DNA from: Eledone cirrhosa
Taxonomy: Eukaryota
Assembly (NCBI GenBank): GCA_964016885.1
Contig: OZ024740.1
Coordinates: 59,086,001-59,150,000 of the forward strand
Length of the DNA: 64,000 nucleotides
Reading direction: 5' to 3'
The notes under the pieces are model-generated. The model was not told the DNA's origin and did no database searches. It saw only the letters and a program-made list of their open reading frames with translations. Below are positions 27,920 to 40,509 of the stretch, piece by piece (position 1 is the stretch's first letter; every line of letters starts with the position of its first letter). Position numbers and translations under genes: made by a program.

Positions 27920-29749
27920 GTATCTATTTTATAAGCTATTTTATAGCATCTCCATGTATGAGCACTGTATTTTTTATACTAATAAAAAATATGTATGTAG
28001 CAAGAAGACAATATTAGCTTAATTACTAATGTAATTTTGATAATTTAGGCAGAAATAAGAGACAATTTTGGACAGGTTTTGGTCTTATTAGGTTTCATCA
28101 ACAAAGTATACATCTTACTGTAATTGTCGCAATAGAGATGAGAAGATCACTAAGTAGATGTATAGCATTGTACATGAGAAGGTGCTAAAATCTAACACAT
28201 AATAAATAAATCACAAAGAATAATTGCTTAGGAGGAAAGGTCGGATTTCCACTGATAGAAGACCCTCCACCTGTTATTTGTATACTGCTTACAGAAGATA
28301 GAGTAGTTAAGTTAGTGTTGATATATTTAATGTGGAGAACATTAAAACTCTAACTAGAAATACTTATGAAATGAGGAAGACAGCTCAATGATTGATATTA
28401 GTTTAATTTATTTTACCTCCTGCACAATATGTTCTTAGTAAGTTAATTGAAGAGAAGCAAGTGTCTTACTGTATACAGATAGAGACACACTTAATTCTTA
28501 ATTACAACAGTTTGAAATATATTATAAACAGAGAAATATATTCATCAAGAAAATGATTGCTTAATGTTGGGTGTTAGATATAATTTCTAGATCTCTTAAC
28601 ACCGATGAAGAAATAAATAAAAATCCTTTGGAAAGCTAGCAAAACATCTTGGGTAAACACCTATTACCAATTCTTTGGGTTAGCTAATACTTGCTGAGTG
28701 AAATTTGGTAGACAGAAATTGTGTGGAAGCCTGTCATGTATATATGTGTTGTAAGTATGTAAAAATTAGGCTTACCTTTCTTTAATTCAATTTGACTTAG
28801 ATTAACTGAGGTAACTTTTAAGATAGCTATCTAAGAATTACTTCAATCATTCTATCTAAAACCTAAAAATTGTCAAACAAAATTGTTTGCATAAAGCAGG
28901 GATAGGGGTTTGTTAAGAATATATGCTCAGCTATTTCATGAGAGCACCCAGATTAACAGCATTCCCAGAAGATTTTACAGGTGGTCTGAAGCTGCCTAGA
29001 TATTGTGTGGCTAAGTTCCAATTCACCACATAAGAGTGCCACTATTGTCCACTATATGTGATCTGATGAGTGCATAATCACATTTTCCCACCACACTCCA
29101 AACACTGCTACTTAACAACTCCAACCCTTTTTAAATCACATAGAACCCTGAATTCACAGTAACAGAATCAAAGCGGCACCTAAATGTAATAGATCCATTA
29201 TCCACTTATCAGCGATGCCATAGGACATCAAATACAACCAGCCTGTTCATTCAAAAACAGGCAATAACACACATACAGAGAAAATAAAAATATTGTGAGT
29301 TAAATACAATACCACCATAATACACATAGAAGACACAGTAAAACAATATATATTATATATATGATATATATCATTGTCTTAGATTAAAGTACATTTAGTT
29401 CTGTGAAAATGTTCATCTAAAATTATAATCTTTTGTAATATTAACCTCATCTTTAATTGTATTCTTCTTCTTATCAAATATATTAATTGGTGGTGAAAGG
29501 ATTGGTGGAAATGTATGTGATGTGAATGCTCCTTTCTTGACCCTAAACATAATACAATGACTCATCTCAGGTACATAAACATTTTGCTGGGGCGCAGCTG
29601 AAATATACCACCAAGACTGAGGTGTAGAGTCTGCTTCTCCCTCCCACCTTTCTCTACTTAATTTTTTTCTTTATTCTTTATTACAAACATTACTGCTAGG
29701 TGTTTCATGTCTTTCTCTAACTTTCAATTCATTATGAATATTTAAAAGT

Positions 29750-30010
29750 CAGCTCAAAAGTGACACAGAGGAGACTGAGGTTAGCTGGACATGCTCACCG
29801 ACATCCAGAGTTGACACTGCACTCAGTGCTCCTGTGGGAGCCCCTGCATGGACACACTAGAAGAGGAAGACCAAGGTATGTTGATGCCCTATGGACAGAC
29901 ACTGGTCTGTTGGAGATGCAGGACATGGCAGTGATAATGAGGAACAGAGACCGCTGGAGAGAACTCGTCCATGGATCTCGGGAATTTTATCCGCCCTAGA
30001 TAGATAGATA
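29750..30010 (+). mobile_element. 3' end fragment of a different RTE/RTE-X-like LINE
   Basis: RRLRLAGHAHRHPE...LLWEPLHG..RRGRP...RDRWR, followed by a (TAGA)n tail. Confidence 0.8.
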
Positions 30011-30030
30011 TATAATTTTTTTTATACTTC

Positions 30031-30304
30031 TTTAACTCTTTAGCATTTACATTACTCTAGATATACTATTGTATTTTCACGGTAAACACTTTACATTACT
30101 CTAGATATACTATTGTATTTTCACAGTAAACACTTTACCTTTAATAATTATATCACATAATATCAAATCTACGAGATTTTGATATTATATATTTTGAGAA
30201 GAATACCTTAATATAAGTATGAGCAGCCAGTTATGGCCAGTTTGAACTGAAAGAGGTGAGAGAATTCTGGCCGGATATGGCCGGTTTAAATGCTAAAGGG
30301 TTAA
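30031..30304. mobile_element. piggyBac-type MITE with an internal 44-bp tandem duplication
   Basis: TTAA-CTCTTTAGCA...TGCTAAAGGG-TTAA; TTTACATTACTCTAGATATACTATTG duplicated. Confidence 0.8.
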
Positions 30305-32243
30305 AGTGGAACTGTAGTGCTGCTATTTTGCTATACATATTTCAAATTCCATTGAGGTCATGGTTATTTTTTCATTGATGAAGTAAGTACCAATTATTGA
30401 CTGGCTTCTCTTTTTTTCTTCACCCACTTATTCCGGGGAGAGTCATGAAGGTAGTGTCTTCATGCATACCTTTCAGTGGCTGTTGTCAGAAGCAACTGTC
30501 TTCAGTTAATCTGACTGGATTTCCAAGTGAGACAAACTAAGCTGATGGATATCATCCAACCATTTTGCTCATGGTTTACCCCAAGGTCTCCTGTTGGTTG
30601 CTTTTGTCTGTAAAATCTGTCCAGCAATTCTTTCCTGGGACATTCTAACTGCATGTCCATAGTATTGGTGCTGTAATCTCAATTTAGAGAAGTAGCAGTT
30701 TTACCTGGAGCAACTCCATGATCTCCGATCCATGTACATATACTACTTTTTCTCAGGGTACATTGAACAAATACTGTTCATATTAAAACCTTCCATAAGT
30801 ATGTACATTATCATTTTTTCCATATTACGGGGTCGATAAAATAAAGTACCAGTAATACACTTGAGTAATTGCTGGCCTTGTGCCAAATGTAGAAACAATT
30901 ACCATTTTTTCCATATTATTTTAAAAATAGTTTTCTATACCATGTTTGTAACATTTGTATGTGATAGTTATTTTTTGTAATGGATTGATTTGGAGGAAAA
31001 GGGTTATACTTATGGTCTTCACATGCTCTCTGAGATAACTAAAATTGACATAGCTGATCTTGTATGGGGAGGGGGATACCAGAGAAATGACATTTAGAAG
31101 ATGAAAGAATGAGTTTCGAGTCAAGTAGGGGTCTTATGACATGTGATGTTTGGAACACAGTATGAATGTATCAGGTAGGTTTGAGTGGAAGTGGTGTGAG
31201 ATCAGCTATCTTTAAGGAGCAGTGATCACAATAGTAGTGACAGAAAAGGCAGTGGGAAGACAGTATGTATATGGATCAGGGGAAGTGTGATACTGAGCAA
31301 CTGTATGACAATCAGTTAGGTGGCAATTGGATATAGACTAAGGGGCATGTGTAAAAGTAGCGTTTGCAGATGTTGGAAAATTTTGCTTTGATCTGCAAAC
31401 ATTTTGTTTGCCTTTATGCAATATGGGAACTGAACAGGAATTTACACATTAACTTGTCACTGTTTTTCAACAGCTTTTACCTGATTGCTCAATCTGCTAT
31501 AAATAACCTAAAATTGCACCATGGGATCAAACCTAGGACCTTATGGTGACAAAACAGACTTCTTAGCCATATGGTTATGCCCACTTAATGCACCATTAGT
31601 AAATCTGTAACTCTGTAAAGTTGTAAGGAAATAAGACAAAATAAACATCATCATCATCATTAAACATCCGATTTTCTTACCAGCAAGGGTTGGTTGGGCC
31701 AACAGACGAAGTCAACACTTACACAAAGTCCATCTGACTTCTCATATAGACTAGGGTGTGCAACTCACTTACATATGTTCCCGCCAAGTGCTCAGATTGG
31801 CTGGAAGCCTACATTTTGCTTGCATATGTTCTAAAACGCTAATAAGGGCATTTTATCATGATATTAGCACTATGGAGGTTGTCATATCTTTGACATAGCT
31901 GAAGAGTCCTCCCAACCTTTTGTTTGGCAGGTTTTTTTTATAGCTGGATCTCTTTCTTATCATTAACCACTTTACAATAGAAAACAAATAATAAATCATG
32001 ATATAGAGTAATTAGCAGCAACAAACAACAACGATAAAAATTACATTAAACCTATGTCACGATGACAAATAATACAACTGTACTGCAGCAACATTTCTTG
32101 AAAATTAACAACAGAAATACAAAATAAGAAATGACCCTTCTACCACAACCATAATTTGATTCCTTTCTTTCATCAGATATTCACAAAGCATTAGGGAAAT
32201 TTAAAATAGCAAAAGTTTCAAATGTAATGTATATACTCAAATG

Positions 32244-32583
32244 TGGAGGCACATGGCTTAGTCGTTAGAGCATTGGCCTTGCAATCGAAAGGTTGTGAGT
32301 TCAATTCTCAGACCGGGTGATGTGTTGTTTCCTTGAGCAAGACACTTTATTTCACATTGCTCCAGTTTACTCAGCTGTAGAAATGAGATGATAGGGACTG
32401 GGGTCCATATCATTCCACTGCAAAGTGGTCGTGCAGGTGCCATGGCAAAAAAGCACCCAGCACTCACTGTAAATGAGGTTGGTGTTAGGAAGGGCATCCA
32501 GCTGTAGAAATCAAGCCATAATCAGTTCCCGTCCCACCCTTGCAAGCAGGGAAAAGTGGACGTAAAATGAAATGAAATGATAA
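32244..32583 (+). mobile_element. Full-length tRNA-derived SINE family B with RTE-derived body and tail
   Basis: TGGCTTAGTCGTTAGAGC (A box), GAGTTCAATTC (B box), CCTTGAGCAAGACACTT core, GTTAGGAAGGGCATCCAGC, tail CACCCTTGCAAGCAGGGAAAAGTGGACGTAAAATGA matching the RTE end at 61445-61480. Confidence 0.92.
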
Positions 32584-33133
32584 GCTGATACAAATACAAG
32601 CCGACTCCACTATTTTATGTCTGAGAAATGGCAAAAAATCCAAACCTTATTTACTTAGAATTCGAAGTTGATGAAAATTGTCAAAATATTGACCCTGAAT
32701 ATAAGTTGACCCTCCACCCCTTCTACCATTGATATTTTTGGTCTGATATTCCTTGGCTTATATTCAAATATATATGGTAATTATAAACATACATCTAAAA
32801 CAGACTGTTATATTCCTAGAAACTGGAAGCTGAGAAAAATTATAAACTTCTAAAGCCAAACCAAAACAGCAAGTAAAATAACATTATACAGATCAATCAC
32901 TCACTAATGTATACTCTCAAAATTTCAGAAAACACCTAATTCTTGACATCATTCACCCTTTCCCCATATCACCCTTTAAAATGGGTGGTTTGGTTTCATA
33001 GAACTAGAGCTGGTTTTTGGCCTGGTTGGTATCAAAAGGGTTAATGCTTGAACAAAGTAATGGTGGAGCCTCTAAATGGTTGCTTATCATGCTAAAATTG
33101 TAGATACCTCTCCTAAAAAATAAAGGATATTGG

Positions 33134-33322
33134 AATAATTATTTCTACTTTTGGCACAAGGCCAGAAATGATCCCAGTGCATTACTGGTACTTTATTTTA
33201 ACGACCCCGTAAGGATGAAAGGCAAAGTTAACCCTGGCGGGATTTGAACTCAGACCATAAAGGGCCGTAACTCTTTGCTGCAAAGCATGGCATCCAACCC
33301 TCTACTGATACTGCCAATCCAC
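33134..33322 (-). mobile_element. SINE family A, full length
   Basis: Tail, core and tRNA-like head present. Confidence 0.85.
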
Positions 33323-33792
33323 GGAATAATGAGGTCCAATCTTAGACATAAGATAAGTTTTGACCACCCTTAATAGATAATGGTGGTCAAAGCAGGACTG
33401 TCATTGATCAATCAGGATCTAAACACCACAGTACACAATGGTTTCAACACTTACCATTCTAACAATTATTGACATTAGCAATGTTTTCCACCGAATCCCA
33501 GCTATTTATTTTCTTATATAAAAATTACTCTGCAAAATTTTAAGAAACAACACAAACTGTTCACTAGCAAACTATCCATCGGGTGCCAAGCTTATATAGT
33601 GTATGAGAAAAGCACTTCCAGAACTTGCAATTTCCTTAATGAAGTACCACAGGAATCTGTCCTCTCAGTCAATCTTTTCAATTTATACCAAGAGAATCTT
33701 CCAACATACAGAAAACTTCATATGTAGATGACAGCATAATCACATTTTCCCACCACACTCCAAACGCTGCTGCTTAACAACTCAAACCCTTT

Positions 33793-34188
33793 TTAACCCT
33801 TTAGCATTTAAACCAGCCATATCTGGTCAGAATTCTTTCACCTCTTTCTGTTCAAACCGACCGTAACCAACTACTCATACTTATGTTAAGGTATTGTTCT
33901 CAAAATAAATAATATCAAAATCTTGTAGATTCGATATTACCCTGTAAATATAATTGTTTCTACTTTTGGCACAAGGCCAGCAATTATTCCAGGTATTACT
34001 GGTACTTTATTTTATCGACCCCATAAGGATGAAAGGCAAAGTTAACCTCGGCAGGATTTGAACTCAGAATGGCAAGGGCCATAACTCTATGTGTCAAAGC
34101 ATGGCGTCCGACCCTCTACCGATACTGCCAATCCACTGCCCTGTAAATATAATATTATATAGAGAGTAATATAAATGTTAAAGGGATA
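33793..34188. mobile_element. piggyBac-type MITE interrupted by SINE family A (33950-34140)
   Basis: TTAA-CCCTTTAGCA start and TGTTAAAGGG end; SINE flanked by the direct repeat CCCTGTAAATATAAT (likely TSD). Confidence 0.8.
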
Positions 34189-34674
34189 AAAGACATAGAA
34201 GCTTGACTTCACAGTAACAGAGTCACAGCGGCATCTAATTGTAATGAATCTATTATCCACTTATCAGCAATACCATAGGACATCAAATACAACCAACCAG
34301 TTCATTCAGCAACATAAACATAATACACATACAGAGAAAACAAAAATATCATGAGTTAAATACAATACCACCATAATACACATAGAAGACACAGTAAAAC
34401 AAGTGACATACTAGAGCAATCAGAAAGAAACAACAATGATCTTCAAAGAATACATTTATACAAGTCCTAACGGTGACCCTATTCTCTCAACAACAAACCA
34501 CAATAAATTAAAAATTGCAGAAAATAGAGCACTATACATCATTACAGATGGTACAGACTACCTAGATCAGCAGTCTGAAACTCAAGACTACAAAGGACCA
34601 TTGTGTCCTGTTCTGGAGGATAGGCACAATAGACCCAAAGGGAACTGAAGAGTGGGGCGTGATTTCCACCAGTT

Positions 34675-34898
34675 ATAATACTAGTTTCTTATATAGGCAC
34701 AAGGCCAGCAATTTGGGGGGAGGGAAAGTCGATTAAATCAACCCCAGTGCGTGACTGGTACTTTATTTTATCGACCCCGTAAGGATGAAAGACAAAGTTA
34801 ACCTTGGTGGGATTTGAACTCAGATAATAAAGGTCCGTAACTCTATGCTGCAAAGCATGGCGTCCGACTCACTACCGATACTGTCAATCCATGGCCCT
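34675..34898 (-). mobile_element. SINE family A, long variant
   Basis: Core plus GGGGAGGGAAAGTCGATTAAATCAACCCCAGT insert. Confidence 0.85.
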
Positions 34899-35152
34899 CA
34901 ATACTAATCTGCAATACAGCTGAAAGGTTGCTATTAATTTAATAATTAATACTGCTATTGCTACAAGTGTATGGAAGGAGCAAGGGACAAATTACCATGA
35001 TTTAGGAAAATATAAGTCACAAAAATAGTTCTGCTATAGGCCATAGATAAATAGTTAGCATACCGCATGTTTGAGATCTCTGACATAGATAATAAAACAA
35101 GCTCTACTGCTCTGTGAATATTTGGTTGGTTGGGCTCCGTTTGGGATGAAAG

Positions 35153-35420
35153 TCACAGTTTGTCAGCTAGCTTAACAATATGCCTACCTCTTTTTTCCAG
35201 ACACTGAACATATATTTTACTGAGGAGACTTAACAACGAAATTCCTTTATAATTAGAACATTCTTCCTTGCATCCCCACATGAAAATAGGGATTCTCACT
35301 CCTGATTGGCACTTCTTTGATTCTTTTTCAGAGATCCAGGCCTCCCAACAAACATGAGTTAGCCCTAGCATACTATCTTTATTTAAGGATTTTAAAATCT
35401 TGGGCCATGTCATCCTCCTC
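35153..35420 (-). mobile_element. RTE RT fragment (Expander/Rex3-like)
   Basis: IPIF...ECSNYKGISLLSLLSKIY. Confidence 0.65.
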
Positions 35421-36394
35421 GGCGGCCTTACCACATTTGTGCACTTTAATTGCTCTGGTAACCTCAACTTCCTAGCTGTTATTAATTTTACAATAAAATA
35501 AAAATATTAAAAATGAAAGACCACCTAGTAATGAAAGGGACAATATTCTCCAACTCAGATCAGAAAACCATAGAAAGGACAACATACCCATATAAATAGC
35601 TATAACAACAACTGTATCACTAACCCCAAACACTGCTCTTCAGTGGACACCACCAACAAGTCATGCAAAAAAAAACAGCAACTGTTCCACTTTCACCAAG
35701 TCCACTATACTTGCCTCCATTGAGGCCTACAGGCATAAATTCTGGTTAGATGTCTATTTTCCTTCCTCCAAGGGTTAGATGGGCTGTCATGTACTAAAGC
35801 TGGACTGGTCAGGTGACTATGCCTTGCTTGGATGCTACATTTTAGGTTTAGCTTCTATGGCTGGATGCCTTTCCTAATGCCAACCACTTTACATCATGTT
35901 CTGGGTGCCTTTTATTGTGACTCCACCATTACCACCTTGCAGGATGGATAGGTATTTTATGTTGTGGAACCGGTACTACTGGCATACAATTCATCATTCC
36001 ATGTCTGTTATAGAAACCATGCCAAAAAAGAGTTGAGAACATTTTTTTCAGTCATTTGAAGGGCATAATAACTTCTCTAGTTTTGGTGGTCTACACAATA
36101 AACACAACCAGTTTACTCTGTAAAGTGACTAATGTGAGGAAATACATCTAGCCATAGAAAACTTGCCAAACAAAGGGTCAAGAGGACTCTTTAGCTGTGT
36201 CAATGACATGACAACCTCTCTATTGCTAGTGCAACATCTAAAATGCACTCAATAGAGAGCATGAATGTGTGTAAGCATGATACCGGCCCCTTATATGAGA
36301 GGTCAGTAACTTTGCTTGAATACTGACTTGGCCTGATATGACACGTCCAACACTTGCTAGCAGGGAAAACAAACATTAATCTGTGAGGTTGATT

Positions 36395-39300
36395 CATCAT
36401 CATCATCATCGTTTTTACATCTGCTTTTCCATGCTTGCTTGGGTTGGACAGGTCCTTCTCAGAATGGCATCTCTCTACTTGTCATATTCATCCATCATCT
36501 ACTCTGCCAGTCTTAGTGACTTGAGATCAGTTCTCACCCCCTCTGCCCAGGTCTTTCTGGATCGTCCTCTACTGTGGTTTCCTTCCACTGGGATTTCCTG
36601 GCATTTCTTCACCCATCAGTCATTCTTCATGCACACCGCTTTGGATTCCTTTTAAACCTAGCTTCTCACTCAGCTTGTTCAAGCTCTGTCATTTTCTCAC
36701 ACTTACATTGCACATCCTACAAAACATGATTGCTTCATTTCTCTTCAGTCTACGCATGTCCTCTGCAATCACAGCCCATGTTTCACTACCATGCAGCATT
36801 GTGCACTGCGCACAAGTGTCATATAGCTTTCCTTTTGTACGTAGGGAGAAATGTTTTGTTGTCAGCAGTGGGAGTAGTTCTCTAAACTTCTTCCATCCTA
36901 TCCTTATTCTAGCTATTTATACTCTTGTCTTACCCTCCTCCACTGCTAATTAAGTCACCTAGATGGCAGAAGCTATCAACCACGTCTATGGATCCTTTTT
37001 CTGACTGAAAAAGGTTTATATCATTAGCACTCTTCCTCTCGGTTTCTCCTGTGCATCGTCTACAAGCAAAGTTCTCGCTTTCTGTTAGTCTACTCGTTAT
37101 CCCTCTACACCTTTTGTGTATCAAAGATTTACATTGTGTACATTGTATGGAGTTTATGCCTGCTCCTTCTGTATTGAGCATGGTCACTTTCCTGAAGGAA
37201 TCTGGGTCCTATCTTCTTTCCTACTCACTAGCACTTTAGTTTTGGCTAAGTTTACATGCAGACCTTTGATTCCAAATTTAGTTTCCATAATCAGAATTTA
37301 TTTTCTAGTTCTTTTTTTGATTTCAACTATGAGGACTAAATTATCTGCATAGAGAAGTTCCCATAAGTAGCCCATTTCAAACTCCTCTGTTATGACCTGA
37401 AGAATTGTGTTGAACAGCACTGGGCTAAGAGCTGAACCTTGATGAACTCCTACCTGTACCTTGAATTCCTCACTAAACTCACTTCCTACTCTCACTTAAC
37501 TGACAATTCTTCTGTACATAGCTTACACTGCTCTTACAAGCCATTCTTCTACACCTAATTTCCTTAAGGACCACCAGATAATAAATCAAGGTACTTTGTC
37601 AAAGGCCTTCTCTAGATCAACAAAAACTAAATATAGTGGCTTATTTGTGGTTAGGTACTTCTCTTGCAGTTGCCTCACTAAGAAGAAGGCATCTGTAGTA
37701 CTTTTCCCAGACATGAAACCAAACTGCATCTCATCTATTTTGACTTTTTCCCTAATTAGCTGCAATATAACTCTTTCTGCCACTTTCATAACTTGGTCCA
37801 TTAGAGTTTCATTTTTCTATATTTACTCCTTTCTAGAGCATCACCTTTGCCCTTTGTAGCAATTTATGATTGTACTGCTGTGCCAGTCATTGGGTTTGAC
37901 TCCGTCATGTATTACTTGATTTACAATATGGGTTACTTGTTTGACTCCTACCTCTCCCGATGCTTTTAGCATCTCAGCAACTATTTCTGATGGTTCCACA
38001 GCTTTACCATTCTTCATTTCCTTGATTGCATCTTTGACAATAAAGCTATCGACTTCAATAGCTGCTGCTTCTTTTGGGTAAGTTGGGAGTAGTTTCTCTT
38101 CCTCCCATCCATTCTCTAGATCCATCAATCTCTCATATTAACATTTCCAGGCCTCTTTCTTTTGAACATCAGTGTTGCTAAATACACCAGTGTCATTTCT
38201 AACACACTTTTTCCCAACAATATCTGGATTCTTACTGACAAACTATCTTGCAATATGGAACACTTCATATCTCTGGTTCTCACCCCTCAAGACATTGGCA
38301 AATTTACTTTCTTCAGCTTAGCTCCAAGCTGTGTATACCTGTTGCCTAGCTTCTTTCTTAGCTAATCGGTACCGGTCTCTGCTACCCCCATTTCTTTCCA
38401 TGCTTTGTCTCTTGGTTTTAATGACTATCTACTGTGCTGTTCCACCACCAGATCACCCTCAGTTTGGCTGGTGCTTTACTCCAGGCTCAAGTCTCGCCAG
38501 TAGTTCACAAAAGGTTGTTGTGTAAGAATTTCCAGTTGTCCTCTACGCTATATGTATCTAGCTCATCATCCCTCTCATCAAGTGCATCCTGTAGGGTTTT
38601 TCTAAACCTAGCTTTAACCAAAAGGTCCTTTAGCTTCCACACCCTCTGTCTCCATATTTTCTAGTGTGTCTTGTTCTATCTTTTGTTTATTTTGATGTCA
38701 CTAATAACTAACTTGTGCTGGGCAGTGTATTCTTCCCCAGGGAAGGCCTTAGTATTCACTACAGTCTGTTTGTCTTGTTGTTTAACAAGTAAGTAATCAA
38801 TTTGGGTTGTGTGTTCACCTGATTGATACGAAATCAAGTGCTGAAATTTTTGTTGCAGATGGTTAGTTCATTTGTATCACAGAATTCCAGGAATCTCAGC
38901 CCCTCTTCATTCCTTGAAACCATAGTTGCCATCCATCCTGGTGTTGTCCAACGTGTCTATTGAAGTTGCCTGCCCTCACTCCCTGAAGTTGTCTGTAAAA
39001 GTTCCTCATAGAACCTGTCGTTTTGTTCTTTACCCAGTCCTGCCTGTGGAGCATAGATGTGATTGTCACCAGTCTATTTCCTACAGATAATCTAAGCTTG
39101 ATAATTCTGTCACTTACTCTAACTACCTCTATCACCTTATCTATCCATTTCTCAGCTAGTAAGATACCTACACCTATTCTATTGTCATTTTCCACCCAGT
39201 AGAGTTTATATCTAAGTTATTTGCCTGTGATTAGTCTCACTGAAGCACCCCTCCATCTCACTTCTTGTACACAGCATACATCTACTCCTCTTCTCTCTAA

Positions 39301-39730
39301 AAGTTCCATAATTTCATCTGATTTTCCTTTCAGGGTACCAACACTGTGGGTGGCAATCCTAGGATTTGTACCTTGATAGTTGTTATTTCTTTGGTTAGAG
39401 GTTCTATGTACCTGAAAGGGAAAGTGGTTGTCTGATTGCTTGATTACGGTCAAGGGGTTCTCGGACATGGCTACTTTAGCCACCCAACCACTATGCGTAG
39501 TACTAACATGACTCATGTTAGCCATGTGTTTGCAACCAGTGGAAATCATATTGGTCATGCTTTACATAATTTTGGCTTGGTTTTACTGGCTGGATGCCCT
39601 TCCTATTACCAACCACTTTACAGCATGGACTGGGCACATTGTTCATACCATCAGCACTAGAGAGGTTGTCTTACCATACTTAACAGTCCTCTCCACCCTG
39701 TATCAGTTTTATTTGAAGTGTCTACTCTCC
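36395..39730 (-). mobile_element. Near full-length degenerate RTE LINE (5'UTR, APE, RT+PHD, tail)
   Basis: VGTLKGKS..RRGVDVCCVQEVRWRG and GVGILLAEKWIDKV (APE); QFGFMSGKSTTDA, FVDLEKAFD, GVHQGSALSP, LYADN; (GAT)n tail; 5' boundary uncertain. Confidence 0.92.
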
Positions 39731-40509
39731 TAGACAAGTTGCCATCACTACAGCTTATGGAGCCCCTGTCTGCCCCATACAGTTGTTTTCAATCAGAGCC
39801 ACTGCTCCTCTAGATAGGTTGCCATCACTATAGCTTACAGGATCCACATCTGTCCCATGCAGTCATTAAATGATTCACAGAGTAGCGAGTTGAGATTCAT
39901 GATGTTGGAGGATACAGCAGCAGGATATTGGTGTAAGTGTGTAAGCAGAATGGAAAAGGAAAAAGGCAGGAGCACAGGGCCAAGTCTTCCAGACAGCTAG
40001 TCGAATGGTGGTGGATAGGGAATGGGCGGGAGGGATACGGAGTCAGCATCTGAAAGAGATAGGTAGATAGCTAGCTATAATCATTTTTTTTTTATTTTTT
40101 TAATTTTTATTATAATCAATGTGCTGTATTAACTGGCTTACCAATGCACACTGTGAATTTATTTGCCCTAGGTGTCAGGAAGACACTCGGCATATATCTC
40201 AGAAACAATAATGAAATAAAATAAAAATAATAATAAAAATAATAATGCTTTCTTTATTAACCACAAGAGTTTACACAAAGTAAGACATTAAGGACAATAG
40301 AGGACAATACAGGACAATACAGGACGGTACAAATGGGCCTTCCTGCGTGTAAAAAAACAAAAACAGAGGATGTAACAAAAAAGAAACAATGAAAAATTCC
40401 CCAATAGGCGGGAGACTTCCGAGGGACATTCGTGGAGAAAGCCCATTAAAAAAGACATGGTGACCCTGACCACCAAGGCAAGTGCCCTCCCCAGTTTTCC
40501 ACCTTCAAT

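Noticed and set aside
28600-28645. CCGATGAAG...GAAAGCTAGC hammerhead-like
   Set aside because: Core mutated and stems do not pair convincingly
29063-29090. CTGATGA motif
   Set aside because: No downstream GAAA core; lies at the edge of a dispersed repeat also present at ~33730
32244-32320. Functional tRNA gene
   Set aside because: SINE head; continues into core and RTE tail
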